Of a stretch of 64,000 bases of DNA, positions 1 to 10,151 are shown piece by piece. The stretch is from Bdellovibrionales bacterium. GTDB taxonomy: Bacteria > Bdellovibrionota > Bdellovibrionia > Bdellovibrionales > UBA1609. Within the stretch, counting starts at the first letter, position 1, and every line of letters begins with the position of its first letter. Location of the stretch: positions 64,001 to 128,000 of the forward strand of contig JAWLHR010000001.1 in NCBI GenBank assembly GCA_041690295.1, in the 5' to 3' direction. Under the pieces are notes generated by a model. That model ran no database searches, was not told where the DNA came from, and saw only the letters and a program-made list of their open reading frames with translations. The translations under genes were made by a program, and so were the position numbers.

Positions 1-200
1 TTGTTGCCCACGGTCCGCATTTTTTTTGATTCATCGATGTAGTTGGGATCGGCCACCTTGTTCAGGATGTCGCCGATGTTCTCGTTTTCAAAATGCTTTT
101 GCCGGTCACTGGCGCTCATGGTTTGCACGTTATCGGATTTAAAATCCGTACGTTGCGGTGAATTCGACCAAGTTTGAGTGCCCGTCTTCACGCCGATCAT
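1..200 (-). CDS. flgD: Flagellar hook capping protein FlgD, N-terminal part (runs off the window edge)
   Basis: Own translation from ATG at 200: MIGVKTGTQTWSNSPQRTDFKSDNVQTMSASDRQKHFENENIGDILNKVADPNYIDESKKMRTVGN. It abuts the fliK stop. The call rests mainly on the usual fliK-flgD order; the conserved FlgD core lies outside the window. Confidence 0.65.
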   Translation of the reverse strand, partial: MIGVKTGTQTWSNSPQRTDFKSDNVQTMSASDRQKHFENENIGDILNKVADPNYIDESKKMRTVGN

Positions 201-1970
201 TTACGCTACCAGGTCCAGCCGGCGAGAGCTGGCCCGCCGGGTTGGGGTTGAAGGCGCGCTGATGTCCCGATGAGCATCACTTTGGCTCTTGTAAACGCGC
301 GCGCCCGGGACTTCGAAAAAGCTTCGGCGCCATCCCTGATGGTCTTGCCGGAATTGCTCAAGAGTTTGTTGCGCCAACTGGCGTTGGGCGTCCTGATATT
401 GTTGTTCCAACTGCTTGCCAAGATTCGTGGCCGTATCGATTTTGATGGATTCAACCTGCAATTGATTGCCGGCCAGTTGTGTTTTCAGCTCGCCCAGTTC
501 ACGCTCAATCAATTTCTTCGCCTCGTCACTTTCGGTGATCATCTGCACGTTCACTTTGCCTTGATCCACGCTCACGCGCATGGCGACCTCACCCAAACCT
601 TCGGGCTTAAGGGTGACCTTCATTTCGCCGCCACCGGAATGAACCATCACGCGCGCGTTCTGCACGAGATCAGGGACTGTGACTTCCATGGGCGACTGAT
701 TCTGCAACTGAGTGGCGAATTCCGATGTCATTGGACGCTCGGAAACCGTCTGACTTTCCGGATTCCATGCTGCGCCCAAGAAGGAAGCGTCCCTGGTGAA
801 GTCATGTTCTTCCTCGCGCCCGCCGGTGAACTTCGGAGCCACGCTCACCAGCTGATCCGCCACCGCTTCAAAGGGCTTGCCACCGTCGCTGGCCAGGTCA
901 CGAACTTCGGGAATATCGAGTTCGGGCGCGGGGGTGGCGGCTTCCGCTTGATTCATCAATTGGGATGCGAATTCATTTTGAGGCTGAACCTGAGCCTGGG
1001 CCCGGGCCTGTGTCGGGGCCTGAGCTTGCGGCGCCGTGAAGTTTTTCAAGAGCGCTTCCACGTCAGCGGACGGCGGCTCATTGTTTTTCACGGCCTGCAT
1101 TTTCTCAACGATTTGATTCAACCCCGCGCTCAACTGTGGATCCAACTGAGGCTTGGAACTATCGAACTCGACCTCGCGGCCTTGGTTCATCTCCGGAGAC
1201 GCCGCTCGCGGGCCCTCCGAGACCAGCGTGCGAGGCGCCGAGTTCATGAAAAAATTCTGATTCATGTGATCGATGTTTCGATCGATGTTTCTTCGTGTCA
1301 GCTCACGTTGACTCATCAGAGTCAGCGAAATTTGCTTTTCGGAATTTTTAAGTTCCTCACCCAAAGATTTCGGCTGAGTGCGATCGATCAGCTGCAGAAA
1401 ATATTGCTTCGCCAGTTGCGCCTGCTGATCCGAAAGCCCCAAGGCCATGACAACTTTATCAACCGTTTGGGTCGGCGGTTTGGCCAGGTCTTCCTCGCTC
1501 AGCGAGGTGAACGCGTTCAACACATCCTCGGCGGTGACGCCGAGTTCTTCTTTCATCTTTCTTAAGAAATCATTCCAGACCACCCGTCGCGTGAGGGCGT
1601 CCACCACCTGTTCCACATCACCGGCTTTTGTTTGAACCTTGGCCACCGCTTGGCTGAAGATCGGTTGCGGCGGCAAGTTCAACAGCCGATCTCCGATGGG
1701 CGTTGCATCCAAAGCCGGTGCTCCGGGGTAACCCGGCAAAGCCTGTGCCGATGTGTCGCCGGTGGGAAGTGCTGAAGCTTGATTGTTATTGTAGGCCGTC
1801 ACTTGTCCAGCGGCGGCGGGTGTGGGCGCGGATGTGGACGCCGGAGCGGTGGCCAATCCCAAGAGGTCCCCAAAAGAGGATTCGCCCCCCTGACCTTGGG
1901 AGGCGTTTCCACCGGCCTGCGGGCCGAGGAAAACTGGGAAGTTGTTAAGGCCACTCACATTCATCGTCAA
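201..1970 (-). CDS. fliK: Flagellar hook-length control protein FliK
   Basis: Low-complexity A/P/Q-rich N-terminal part; C-terminal Flg_hook motif MKVTLKPEGLGEVAMRV...L..L...L; position in the fli operon. Confidence 0.9.
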   Translation of the reverse strand: MTMNVSGLNNFPVFLGPQAGGNASQGQGGESSFGDLLGLATAPASTSAPTPAAAGQVTAYNNNQASALPTGDTSAQALPGYPGAPALDATPIGDRLLNLPPQPIFSQAVAKVQTKAGDVEQVVDALTRRVVWNDFLRKMKEELGVTAEDVLNAFTSLSEEDLAKPPTQTVDKVVMALGLSDQQAQLAKQYFLQLIDRTQPKSLGEELKNSEKQISLTLMSQRELTRRNIDRNIDHMNQNFFMNSAPRTLVSEGPRAASPEMNQGREVEFDSSKPQLDPQLSAGLNQIVEKMQAVKNNEPPSADVEALLKNFTAPQAQAPTQARAQAQVQPQNEFASQLMNQAEAATPAPELDIPEVRDLASDGGKPFEAVADQLVSVAPKFTGGREEEHDFTRDASFLGAAWNPESQTVSERPMTSEFATQLQNQSPMEVTVPDLVQNARVMVHSGGGEMKVTLKPEGLGEVAMRVSVDQGKVNVQMITESDEAKKLIERELGELKTQLAGNQLQVESIKIDTATNLGKQLEQQYQDAQRQLAQQTLEQFRQDHQGWRRSFFEVPGARVYKSQSDAHRDISAPSTPTRRASSRRLDLVA

Positions 1971-1971
1971 T

Positions 1972-2730
1972 CTATCCTTTATCCGCCAATGTGCGCCGGT
2001 ATCCGGTGTATTTTTCCGAAAGGACCTTCGCCTTTTCAGGAGGCAACAAGTTCATAATTTCGGCGGCACTCTTCTTTTTCATCTTCGCCAAAACTTCGAC
2101 CGCAAGGTCCTCGTTGATTGAACCCAGAATCTCCGCGGCCTGCTTCGGTTTCATGTTCGAGTACAAATCCACCAACTTGTTCACCTTCTCCTGGTCGACC
2201 TCGACTCGATCCTTCAGGATCTGCGAGATCTCGTTACGCATCCGTTCCAATTGCACGATGCGCTTGTCGAGCTCGACTTTTTGTCTTTGCAATTCTTCTT
2301 CCAACTGGGCCAATTCCTTTTCGCGCAGGTCGAGTTCCTCTTTTCTTTGGCGCAATTTATTGAAATGGCTGAGTTCTTCCGCGACGGGAACAGTTTCGTC
2401 CCCACCTGGCTTCTTGGCCTGGTCGGTTTTTTCGACGGCAGGTTTTTCCGCCTTGGAAGGTTTTGGCCGGGATTTTTCTGCCGGTTCGTTTTGCGCGCGA
2501 GCCGCGCCGAACGCATGAATTTCTATGCGATCAATGAAAGACTCCACCTTGTCAGGCGCGGCCAGATAAAAGCCGAGCACGGCCAAAGTGACGGACATTC
2601 CCACGGCGGACCGCCAGGGAAACGGCGGAGGGGTCTTTCGTTTCTTCTTGGGCATAAGCGCCTGCCGAAGCCGCTCTTCGGACTTAATGTCTTGAGCCGC
2701 CTTGAAGAACTGCTTATAGCCGTTGTTCAT
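1972..2730 (-). CDS. MotE/MgtE-N-like flagellar coiled-coil protein
   Basis: One TM helix, long coiled coil, C-terminal LVDLYSNMKPKQAAEIL...AVEVLAKMK..SAAEIMNLL motif; lies between fliJ and fliK. Confidence 0.8.
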   Translation of the reverse strand: MNNGYKQFFKAAQDIKSEERLRQALMPKKKRKTPPPFPWRSAVGMSVTLAVLGFYLAAPDKVESFIDRIEIHAFGAARAQNEPAEKSRPKPSKAEKPAVEKTDQAKKPGGDETVPVAEELSHFNKLRQRKEELDLREKELAQLEEELQRQKVELDKRIVQLERMRNEISQILKDRVEVDQEKVNKLVDLYSNMKPKQAAEILGSINEDLAVEVLAKMKKKSAAEIMNLLPPEKAKVLSEKYTGYRRTLADKG

Positions 2731-3182
2731 CTCTTCCTCCGGGCAAATCGCATATTCGTCAAATCATCAAGTTCCTTGGCTTCGATCTGGCGGAGCCGTT
2801 CCGTGTATTGAGCCATTCTCCGCTCCTTCAACTTCGCCAGAATCTTATGATCCCGGGCCGCCTCGATCAGCGCTTCCTGTTTCGCTTCCGCGATCATCAG
2901 CAGCTCACGCGCCTGCAATCGCAGCCGCTCCACCCGGATTTTTTCTCCCACCAGAAATGATTCCATCTCCCGAATCCGCTCCAGGTGTTCCGACGATCCC
3001 TGCCTTTGCGCTTCAAGGATTTCTTCTCTCACTTCGTCCATCCGTTCATACATCGCCTCGATCCGGCGCAAACACTCTTCCACCGCCGCCTGGGCTTCGA
3101 TGAACTCCCTTTGGGCGGCCTCTTCAAGCCGTTTGCGATGCTTCAATACCGCTTCAAGTCCGAAACGAAATCCCATGATCAC
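2727..3182 (-). CDS. fliJ: Flagellar export protein FliJ
   Basis: FRFGLEAVLKHRKRLEE N-terminus, coiled coil, EAKELDD C-terminus; follows fliI. Confidence 0.9.
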   Translation of the reverse strand: MIMGFRFGLEAVLKHRKRLEEAAQREFIEAQAAVEECLRRIEAMYERMDEVREEILEAQRQGSSEHLERIREMESFLVGEKIRVERLRLQARELLMIAEAKQEALIEAARDHKILAKLKERRMAQYTERLRQIEAKELDDLTNMRFARRKR

Positions 3183-4492
3183 CCACCCAGGCCTAATAAC
3201 TGTGAATGGGCTTCGTCGAAGCTCGAAGACTCATCCGTCATCTGCTTCAACATCTGCTCAATCGCGCCTTCCATGCGAATGGCCTGATCGATTTTTGGAT
3301 TGGAGCCGGATTTATAAGCGCCGATGTTGATCAAATCTTCCGCTTCTTTGTAGACGGCCATCATTTCGCGCACGTGCAAGGCCTGGCGAAAATGATCCGG
3401 ATCCACCACATTGCGCATCACCCGTGAGGTGCTTTGCAAAACGTCGATCGCCGGAAAGTGGCCCTTTTGAGCCAAACTTCGCGAAAGCACGATGTGCCCG
3501 TCCACGATCGCCCGCACGGAATCGCCGATGGGATCATTCATGTCATCGCCTTCGACCAGCACCGTGTAAAGTCCGGTGATGCTTCCCTTATTGAAGTTTC
3601 CCGCCCGCTCAAGAAGCTTAGGCAACAGCGCGAACGCGCTCGGCGTGTAACCTTTGGTGGCCGGCGGTTCACCCACATTGAGTCCGATTTCCCTTTGCGC
3701 CATCGCGAAACGGGTTACGGAGTCCATGACCATCAAAACATCCCGGCCCGTCGAACAAAAATATTCCGCGATCGTCGCCGCCACGAAGGCGGCGCGAGTG
3801 CGAAGAAGGGCGCTTTGATCGCTGGTGGCCACCACGATCACTGATTTTCTCAGGCCTTCTTCACCCAGAGTGTGTTCAATGAATTCCCTGACCTCGCGGC
3901 CCCGCTCTCCCACCATCGCGATCACATTGACATCCGCGCGGGAGTTTCGCGCCATCATACCGATGAGCACGGATTTACCCACACCGCTACCGGCCATAAT
4001 GCCGACACGCTGGCCTTTGCCGAGAGTGATCAGCGAATCAATGGCGCGAACGCCGAGACTCAGCGGCTCGCGAATCGGCGGACGATCCAATGGGTTGCTC
4101 GATTCCGCGTAGATCGGCAGCTCATCGGTCAGGAACATATCGCCTTTGCCATCGATGGGCTCAACCAAGCCATTGATCACGCGGCCAAGGAGATCCTCGC
4201 CGACCGGCACGGTGGCCATATTCTTACGAACTAAAATCGTGGAACCCAAACCAATGCCGCGCATTTCTCCCAGCGGCATCAGAAGCACTTCGCGGTCTTT
4301 GAAGCCCACCACTTCGGCCAAAAATCCCGTACCGCCGGAGTGAGGCAGTATTTCGCAAATTGTACCTACGGAAACCTCGGGAATGTAGCCGCTGATCAAA
4401 AAGCCGGTCACGTGCGTGACCTTGCCTTTGTCCCGCGTGAGCTGGGCCGTTTGGAGCGCTCGCATGTATTTCTGCAGATTCAATGCTTCCAT
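3179..4492 (-). CDS. fliI: Flagellar export ATPase FliI
   Basis: Walker A AGSGVGKS, GERGREV, MDSVTRFAMAQREIGL, LLERAG. Confidence 0.97.
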   Translation of the reverse strand: MEALNLQKYMRALQTAQLTRDKGKVTHVTGFLISGYIPEVSVGTICEILPHSGGTGFLAEVVGFKDREVLLMPLGEMRGIGLGSTILVRKNMATVPVGEDLLGRVINGLVEPIDGKGDMFLTDELPIYAESSNPLDRPPIREPLSLGVRAIDSLITLGKGQRVGIMAGSGVGKSVLIGMMARNSRADVNVIAMVGERGREVREFIEHTLGEEGLRKSVIVVATSDQSALLRTRAAFVAATIAEYFCSTGRDVLMVMDSVTRFAMAQREIGLNVGEPPATKGYTPSAFALLPKLLERAGNFNKGSITGLYTVLVEGDDMNDPIGDSVRAIVDGHIVLSRSLAQKGHFPAIDVLQSTSRVMRNVVDPDHFRQALHVREMMAVYKEAEDLINIGAYKSGSNPKIDQAIRMEGAIEQMLKQMTDESSSFDEAHSQLLGLGG

Positions 4493-4495
4493 TTC

Positions 4496-5269
4496 TTAAT
4501 CGTCTTTACGCTCCCTGGGTTTTTGCGGAATTTTCGACTGCAAGGTCTGCCACGTGCGCTCAAGCCGCTCCTCGATCGTGGCATCGATCGTTCCGTAGGC
4601 CGTCTCGATCATGCAGCCCCCCGGTTTTATTTTCTCATCCGTAATGAATTTAATCCGCTCGAAGTTTTCCAGACGGTGCTCGGTCTTGTCCTGAAGAGTT
4701 TCAATGAAGTAAAGATCCTCGGCGGCCAAACGGACGGTGATACGCTCATCCCCTTGCATTTCGCTGACCACGTTGCGCAGGATTTCCGTCACCGCCTCGC
4801 GGTTGACCTCAAGATCCCTCAGCGCGAGCCTTTTGGCCGTCAAGAAAACCAAATTGATCAGTTCGCTTTCGTTATCCACGTGAAGGCGGGATTTCAGAGT
4901 TTCGATTCCCTTGAGGATTTCAGCGAACGCGGCCAAACGCTCGACCAGGTCGCTTTTGGCCTCTTGAAAGGCTTTTTCCGTGCCTTCGATCAAACCCAGG
5001 TCATAGCCGTTTTTATAAGCCTGCTCCTCGACTTCCTTCAGCCGTTCCAAAACCTGGGCGTTCAATTTGTCTTTTTGTTTGTCGCTCTCGAGCTGGGAGA
5101 TTCCCGCCTGTTGCGCGATCAGATCCGACAATTTGAAATCAGAGGGTTTGGGGCCGTCGACGTACTGACGGGCCACCTCGGATATCTCACCGCCGATCTC
5201 CTGCGGCTTGAATTCAAAGGTCTTCTGCGCCGCCACTTCGGCCTTGATGATGGATCTTTCAAATGCCAT
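4496..5269 (-). CDS. fliH: Flagellar assembly protein FliH
   Basis: AYKNGYDLGLIEG GxxxG repeats; C-terminal GGCMIETAYGTIDATIEERL. Confidence 0.93.
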   Translation of the reverse strand: MAFERSIIKAEVAAQKTFEFKPQEIGGEISEVARQYVDGPKPSDFKLSDLIAQQAGISQLESDKQKDKLNAQVLERLKEVEEQAYKNGYDLGLIEGTEKAFQEAKSDLVERLAAFAEILKGIETLKSRLHVDNESELINLVFLTAKRLALRDLEVNREAVTEILRNVVSEMQGDERITVRLAAEDLYFIETLQDKTEHRLENFERIKFITDEKIKPGGCMIETAYGTIDATIEERLERTWQTLQSKIPQKPRERKDD

Positions 5270-5282
5270 AAACCAACCTCAA

Positions 5283-6326
5283 TTATACGAGCGCGTCTTC
5301 GGAACCGCCGCGGGCGATGAGAATCTTTCCCTCTTGCTCCAGACGTCGCGCCGTATTGACGATTTCCACCTGAGCCGATTCCACGTCCGACAAACGCGCC
5401 GGTCCCATGTTGGACAGGTCCTCCTGGAGAAGTTTCGCCGCCCGCTGCGAGATGTTTTTGAAAATCTTCGCGCGGATCTCCTCGTTCGCGGTCTTGAGAG
5501 CCAACAGAAGCTTGTCGTTCGGGATTTCTTTGAGCAGAGTCTGAATTCCCTTGTCGTCGATTTTGACGATATCTTCGAACACGAACATGAGTTTGCGGAT
5601 TTCCTCGGCGAGGATGGGATCTTTTTCTTCGATCCGCGACATGATCGCGGTTTCCGTGTTTTTGTCCATGACGTTGAGCATTTCGGCCACCGGCTGAACG
5701 CCGCCCAGCGACGCCTGCTCCACGGTGCCGAGAGTGGAGAGTTCCTGCTTCAAAACACGGTCCACCTCACTGATCAGTTCAGGCGCCACGTGTTCAAGAT
5801 TGCTCAGACGTAAAACCACTTCCGCTTGAAGCGACTCGGGTAAGCGCTTCAGCACCTCGCCTTTTTTCTCCGGCTCCAGGTGCGCCAGAATCACGGCGAT
5901 GGTTTGTGGATGCTCATTGATCAGGAAGTTCGACAACGACTTGGCGTCCACCATTTCAAGACTTTCAAGATTGCGGGCCGCGGGAGAAGCCGCGGACAAG
6001 TGACCGAGGATGCCCCGCGCGCGTTCCTCACCAACCGCATCCACGACCGTTTCCTTGGCGGTGGTGGCTTCCGAAAAAATGTATTCGGTCGATTCACTGA
6101 CCATTTCGTAATACTCTTCCAAAACCCGCTTGGTCACTTCCACCGGCACGATCCGGTATTTTTGCATCACGCTGAGGAGCTTGCGGATGTCCCCGTCATC
6201 CACGAATTTGAAAAGCTTCTTGGCGGATTCCGGCCCCAGGTAGTTGATCAGGATGGCGGCCTTCTCAAATCCCCTGAGGTCTTCGTATTTGATGTTATCA
6301 AGTCGTTGTAGGCGAACTCCCGTCAT
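5283..6326 (-). CDS. fliG: Flagellar motor switch protein FliG
   Basis: EKAAIL, EHPQTIAVIL, MFVFED motifs. Confidence 0.97.
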   Translation of the reverse strand: MTGVRLQRLDNIKYEDLRGFEKAAILINYLGPESAKKLFKFVDDGDIRKLLSVMQKYRIVPVEVTKRVLEEYYEMVSESTEYIFSEATTAKETVVDAVGEERARGILGHLSAASPAARNLESLEMVDAKSLSNFLINEHPQTIAVILAHLEPEKKGEVLKRLPESLQAEVVLRLSNLEHVAPELISEVDRVLKQELSTLGTVEQASLGGVQPVAEMLNVMDKNTETAIMSRIEEKDPILAEEIRKLMFVFEDIVKIDDKGIQTLLKEIPNDKLLLALKTANEEIRAKIFKNISQRAAKLLQEDLSNMGPARLSDVESAQVEIVNTARRLEQEGKILIARGGSEDALV

Positions 6327-7972
6327 GTATCTCTCCTAGACAGCCATAAGCTGAACGCACCGGCCGCTTTCTCGGTATCCAGCTCCATGAGGTTCATGAT
6401 GCGCTCTTTGAGCAGTTCGCTTTCGGCCTTATCCGGATCCAGCGACTCCTCAAGCACGGGCAAAGCTCCCGTCATGCCAGGCAAAGAGTTGTCCACGGCC
6501 TGCAGCTCTTCCAGCTCCTCGATGGTCTTTGGCAACATGTCTTCGACCGAATCCTGGAAGCTGTCGGTGATCCAACGCATGAACGGCCGCACCACCACGA
6601 AGAAGAACAAGCCCAGGCTCAAACTCAGGATCAACCATTTCGCCAGCGAGTGAAGCAGCTTCTTTCTCTCAAGCGTGGTGAGGATCTGCTCGGCCTCGCT
6701 GAAGTCTTCTTTCTGGAAAGCGATGTTTTCGATGGTCACCACGTCTCCGCGAGAGGCCGAGAAGCCGACCGTGCCTTTCACGATCTGCTCGATCTTGCGC
6801 ATTTCAGCGGGGTCCCGGGGGGACCATTGTTCAACGGTGTTGCCGTTTTCATCCACCGTGGTTTTCACCACACCGTCAACCAGGACGGCGACCGACAATC
6901 TTTCAATGGAGCCCGCACCTTCACGAATGTTGCGAACGGTTTTGGGAACCTCGAAATTGGATGTCTTAAGTTCTTTACGCACGTTCTGACGGAAGCCGAC
7001 GGATCCCGTGTCCTCGGCGCCCGGCAGGTTCGCGCGCGTTCCCGGAATTCCCGTGGGGTTCGTGCGCGCGCCGTCCAACAATTCCTCTTCGGTCTGCTGC
7101 GACTTCAGCGCGGTGGCGTCGGGATTCACTTCTTCTTCGGTCATGACACTAGAGCGGGGATTCAGCGAAGCATCGACTTTGGCGATCACCTTGCCGGTAC
7201 CCACTACTTTGCCGATTACGTCCTCGATCCGCTGCTCGAGCATTTGCTGAACTTTGGATTTCATTTCAAGCAGCTCGGCGCTCATGGCGCTGTCGCCGGA
7301 TGAATTCTTGGACAAGACTTTTCCGCGCGAATCCACCACGGTCACGCGCTCGGGTTCGAGATTTTCAACCGCGCTCGCGACCAAGTACGTAATGCCGCGG
7401 ACTTGATCGGCGGAAAGAGTTTTTCCCGGATGAAGCTCAACCACCACCGAAGCCGTGGGTTGTCCGCCTTCTTCGAGAAAAGTTTTCTTGGCCGGAAGAG
7501 CCAGAATGACTTTGGATTGTTTCACCGCGCTTAAGGTGTTCACCGCGCGCATGAGTTCGCCCTGAAGGGCGCGCTGGTAATTGATTTTTTGCGCGTAAGA
7601 GGTGGTGCCGAAGTCCTGCTTATCGAAGAGCTCCAGACCGATTTGTCCCACCTTGGCTCCACCGAGTTCCGTCATGATCGCCATCTGCGTGGAGTGAAGG
7701 AGCTCTTTGGAAACCAGAATCGTGCTGCCGTTGTCCGCCAGCTTGAACGGAACGCCCCGTTTTTGCAATTGCTCCACCACTTGCGGGAGCTGGTCAGGCG
7801 AAACGTTGGAGAAAAGAACCACATGGTTGGTTCCCGCCAACAACGCGACGACGATCGCCACTCCCACCACCGCGATGACCGTGGCGGCGGTGATCGAAAG
7901 ACGTTTAACCGGCGTGAGGTTTTTATAGAAATGCCGGAACTGCGCGATTAAGTGGGATAAAAGTTGATTCAT
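6323..7972 (-). CDS. fliF: Flagellar MS-ring protein FliF
   Basis: Two TM helices; GLELFDKQDFGTTS, YQRALQGEL, PTASVVV, RLSVAVLVDG motifs. Confidence 0.97.
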   Translation of the reverse strand: MNQLLSHLIAQFRHFYKNLTPVKRLSITAATVIAVVGVAIVVALLAGTNHVVLFSNVSPDQLPQVVEQLQKRGVPFKLADNGSTILVSKELLHSTQMAIMTELGGAKVGQIGLELFDKQDFGTTSYAQKINYQRALQGELMRAVNTLSAVKQSKVILALPAKKTFLEEGGQPTASVVVELHPGKTLSADQVRGITYLVASAVENLEPERVTVVDSRGKVLSKNSSGDSAMSAELLEMKSKVQQMLEQRIEDVIGKVVGTGKVIAKVDASLNPRSSVMTEEEVNPDATALKSQQTEEELLDGARTNPTGIPGTRANLPGAEDTGSVGFRQNVRKELKTSNFEVPKTVRNIREGAGSIERLSVAVLVDGVVKTTVDENGNTVEQWSPRDPAEMRKIEQIVKGTVGFSASRGDVVTIENIAFQKEDFSEAEQILTTLERKKLLHSLAKWLILSLSLGLFFFVVVRPFMRWITDSFQDSVEDMLPKTIEELEELQAVDNSLPGMTGALPVLEESLDPDKAESELLKERIMNLMELDTEKAAGAFSLWLSRRDT

Positions 7973-7978
7973 CGCCGA

Positions 7979-8326
7979 TTACACCTGCATCTTCATGATT
8001 TCCTGATAGGCCTCGATAATCTTGTTGCGAACCTGGACCATTAATTTCAAAGAAATGTCCGCCTTTTCAGCGGTGATCATCACGTCGGCGATGTCCTTGG
8101 CTTTTCCCGTGGCCAGTTGCTGAGCCTTGAGATCCGCCTCTTTCTGAGCCTGGTTGACGTTTTGAATCGCGGCCTTAAGGGTATCCGCGAAAGAAGTAGG
8201 GCCGCCGCCTTTAACCTCTGCCGAGGGATTGGAAATCGCCTGACTCGAATCGCGAATTTCCCTAAGCGTTTGCCCGCGCTCCAGCAGGGCGTCCGCATTT
8301 GATATGGTCAAACCGTCCATGGTCAT
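7979..8326 (-). CDS. fliE: Flagellar hook-basal body protein FliE
   Basis: SFADTL...VMITAEKA...VRNKIIEAYQEIMKMQV. Confidence 0.97.
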   Translation of the reverse strand: MTMDGLTISNADALLERGQTLREIRDSSQAISNPSAEVKGGGPTSFADTLKAAIQNVNQAQKEADLKAQQLATGKAKDIADVMITAEKADISLKLMVQVRNKIIEAYQEIMKMQV

Positions 8327-8378
8327 CCCCTATAGCAAAAGTTTAGCAGATCCTTTTTTCCCGTCCCAGAGGAAAAAT

Positions 8379-8816
8379 CTATCTACCGATATCCAACGCA
8401 CTTAAGGCCATATCCTTCGCGGTTTGAATCGCCGAGACATTGGCCTCGTAACTCCGGCTCGCCTGTATCATGTTGGCCATTTCTTCCATGAGATTTATTT
8501 TGGGATAGGCCACATAACCCTCTTCGTTCGCGTCCGGATGGTCCGGTTCATAGCGCAGATCCACCGCCTTCTGATCCACGTGAACATCCGTGACCTGGAC
8601 CCTCTGCAAATTATCATTGGGTGGCATCGTCACCAGCTCGCCGAAATTTCGGGCGTCGGGCATGGCCTCGAAGACCACGTCCTTGCGGCGATAGGGCCCG
8701 CCTTCAGGCGTGCGGGTGGTGTTGATATTGGCGATATTGCTGGAAATCGTGTTCATGCGCATGCGTTGCGCGGAAAGCCCGGAGGCTGAAATTCTAAGTC
8801 CGGTCGAAAAATCCAT
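8379..8816 (-). CDS. flgC: Basal-body rod protein FlgC
   Basis: SGLSAQRMRMNTISSNIAN, GPYRRK, YEPDHPDA, ASRSYEAN. Confidence 0.97.
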   Translation of the reverse strand: MDFSTGLRISASGLSAQRMRMNTISSNIANINTTRTPEGGPYRRKDVVFEAMPDARNFGELVTMPPNDNLQRVQVTDVHVDQKAVDLRYEPDHPDANEEGYVAYPKINLMEEMANMIQASRSYEANVSAIQTAKDMALSALDIGR

Positions 8817-9232
8817 TAACGACCTCCTTCGGTGGCGGCGTAGCGAATGGCCGCGAGTTTTTTGTTGATCAATTGCAGGGCCGCTTTATAGAGAATTGAG
8901 TTTTCCTGCAGGGTCGCGATTTCTCTTTCCATGTCGACGGTGTTCTGGTCGTTGGTCACGTTCACTTCGGGATTGTCATAGACATCCGCGCGGGCGCGGG
9001 AAAGCGCGCCGGGCCCGATGGCGAAGTGGTCCCCGTCGCTGGTGGTTTGCGCGGTGGCGCCTTCAAGGTCGATCGCACGGGCCAAGGCGTCTTCAAAATC
9101 GACCACTTTCGCTTTATAGCCCGGTGTTTCGGCATTGGCGATATTGCTGGTCGTGACGTTATGACGTAGCGAGCGGAACTTGAGCGACGCCGCCAAAGCG
9201 TCCGTCGTTCGATCAAAGATCGTCTTGGACAT
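8816..9232 (-). CDS. flgB: Basal-body rod protein FlgB
   Basis: SNIANAETPGYKA, NTVDMERE. Confidence 0.96.
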   Translation of the reverse strand: MSKTIFDRTTDALAASLKFRSLRHNVTTSNIANAETPGYKAKVVDFEDALARAIDLEGATAQTTSDGDHFAIGPGALSRARADVYDNPEVNVTNDQNTVDMEREIATLQENSILYKAALQLINKKLAAIRYAATEGGR

Positions 9233-10151
9233 GATTCAATCCCTTATACTCGTTAAGTTTGTTTCTTAATGTGCGGATGCTGATTCCCAGCATTTCCGCG
9301 GCCCGCGTGCGGTTCTGGCGCGTGAACTCAAGGGTTTTCATGATTAAAAGACGTTCGGCCTCGTTCACCGTCATACCGGGAGCCAGAGTTTTCTCCGCCA
9401 CCGGGGTCAGGTCGTTGATGAGAATCTGCTCGGGCCCGATTGAATCTGCTGTGGCCAGCAATACGCTTCGCTCCATCACATTCCGCAGTTCGCGGATGTT
9501 TCCCGGCCAGTGATACTTTTTCAGTTTTTGAACGGCCTCGTCGGTCAGCTTCCGAAGCGCGATTCCGTTTTCCGCGCAGGAAGTATCAACGAAGTGACGG
9601 GCCAGATTCTCAATATCCGCGGGGCGCGAGCGCAGCGGCGGTATCACCAGGGGAATCACGTTCAGGCGGTAATAAAGATCCTCGCGGAAGCGACCCTCTT
9701 TCACCATTTCATCGAGGCTTCGGTTGGTGGTGGCGACAATCCTGACGTTGACTTGTACGGGATTCTGACCGCCCAACCGCTCAACCTCACCCTCTTGTAG
9801 GACACGGAGCAGTTTCGCCTGTAGCGGTAATGGGAGTTCGCTGATTTCGTCCAATAAGAAGGTGCTTTCATGGGCCTGTTCGAATTTACCCGGCTTTTTT
9901 TGGTCCGCGCCGGTGAACGCGCCCCGCTCGTATCCGAAAAGTTCGCTTTCAAGTAATCCTTCGGGAACGGCGGCGCAATTGAGCGCGACCAAGCGGCGGT
10001 GGGCTCTGGAGCTTCGCGCGTGAATATAGCGGGCGAGAAGCTCCTTCCCCGTGCCGCTTTCACCGGTGATCAACACGGTCGCCCGGCTGGTGGCGACGCT
10101 TTCCGCGATTTCATAAACCCGTTTCATTTTATTATCGAGACTGCGGATCAC
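9213..10151 (-). CDS. Sigma54 enhancer-binding protein (AAA+ plus Fis-type HTH) with no N-terminal regulatory domain
   Basis: GESGTGKE, ESELFG, intact GAFTGA loop, LDEI, WPGNIREL and C-terminal NRTRAAEMLGIS HTH; the protein starts directly at the AAA+ domain. Confidence 0.92.
   Translation of the reverse strand: MIRSLDNKMKRVYEIAESVATSRATVLITGESGTGKELLARYIHARSSRAHRRLVALNCAAVPEGLLESELFGYERGAFTGADQKKPGKFEQAHESTFLLDEISELPLPLQAKLLRVLQEGEVERLGGQNPVQVNVRIVATTNRSLDEMVKEGRFREDLYYRLNVIPLVIPPLRSRPADIENLARHFVDTSCAENGIALRKLTDEAVQKLKKYHWPGNIRELRNVMERSVLLATADSIGPEQILINDLTPVAEKTLAPGMTVNEAERLLIMKTLEFTRQNRTRAAEMLGISIRTLRNKLNEYKGLNHVQDDL

Noticed and set aside
270..1565. 431-aa plus-strand ORF
   Set aside because: Antisense shadow of fliK with no recognisable motifs.
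4340..5813. 326-aa and 201-aa plus-strand ORFs
   Set aside because: Antisense to fliH/fliG; expected from codon bias.
8334..8349. Possible internal sigma54 promoter before fliE
   Set aside because: Reads TG-N10-GC and lacks the near-invariant GG.
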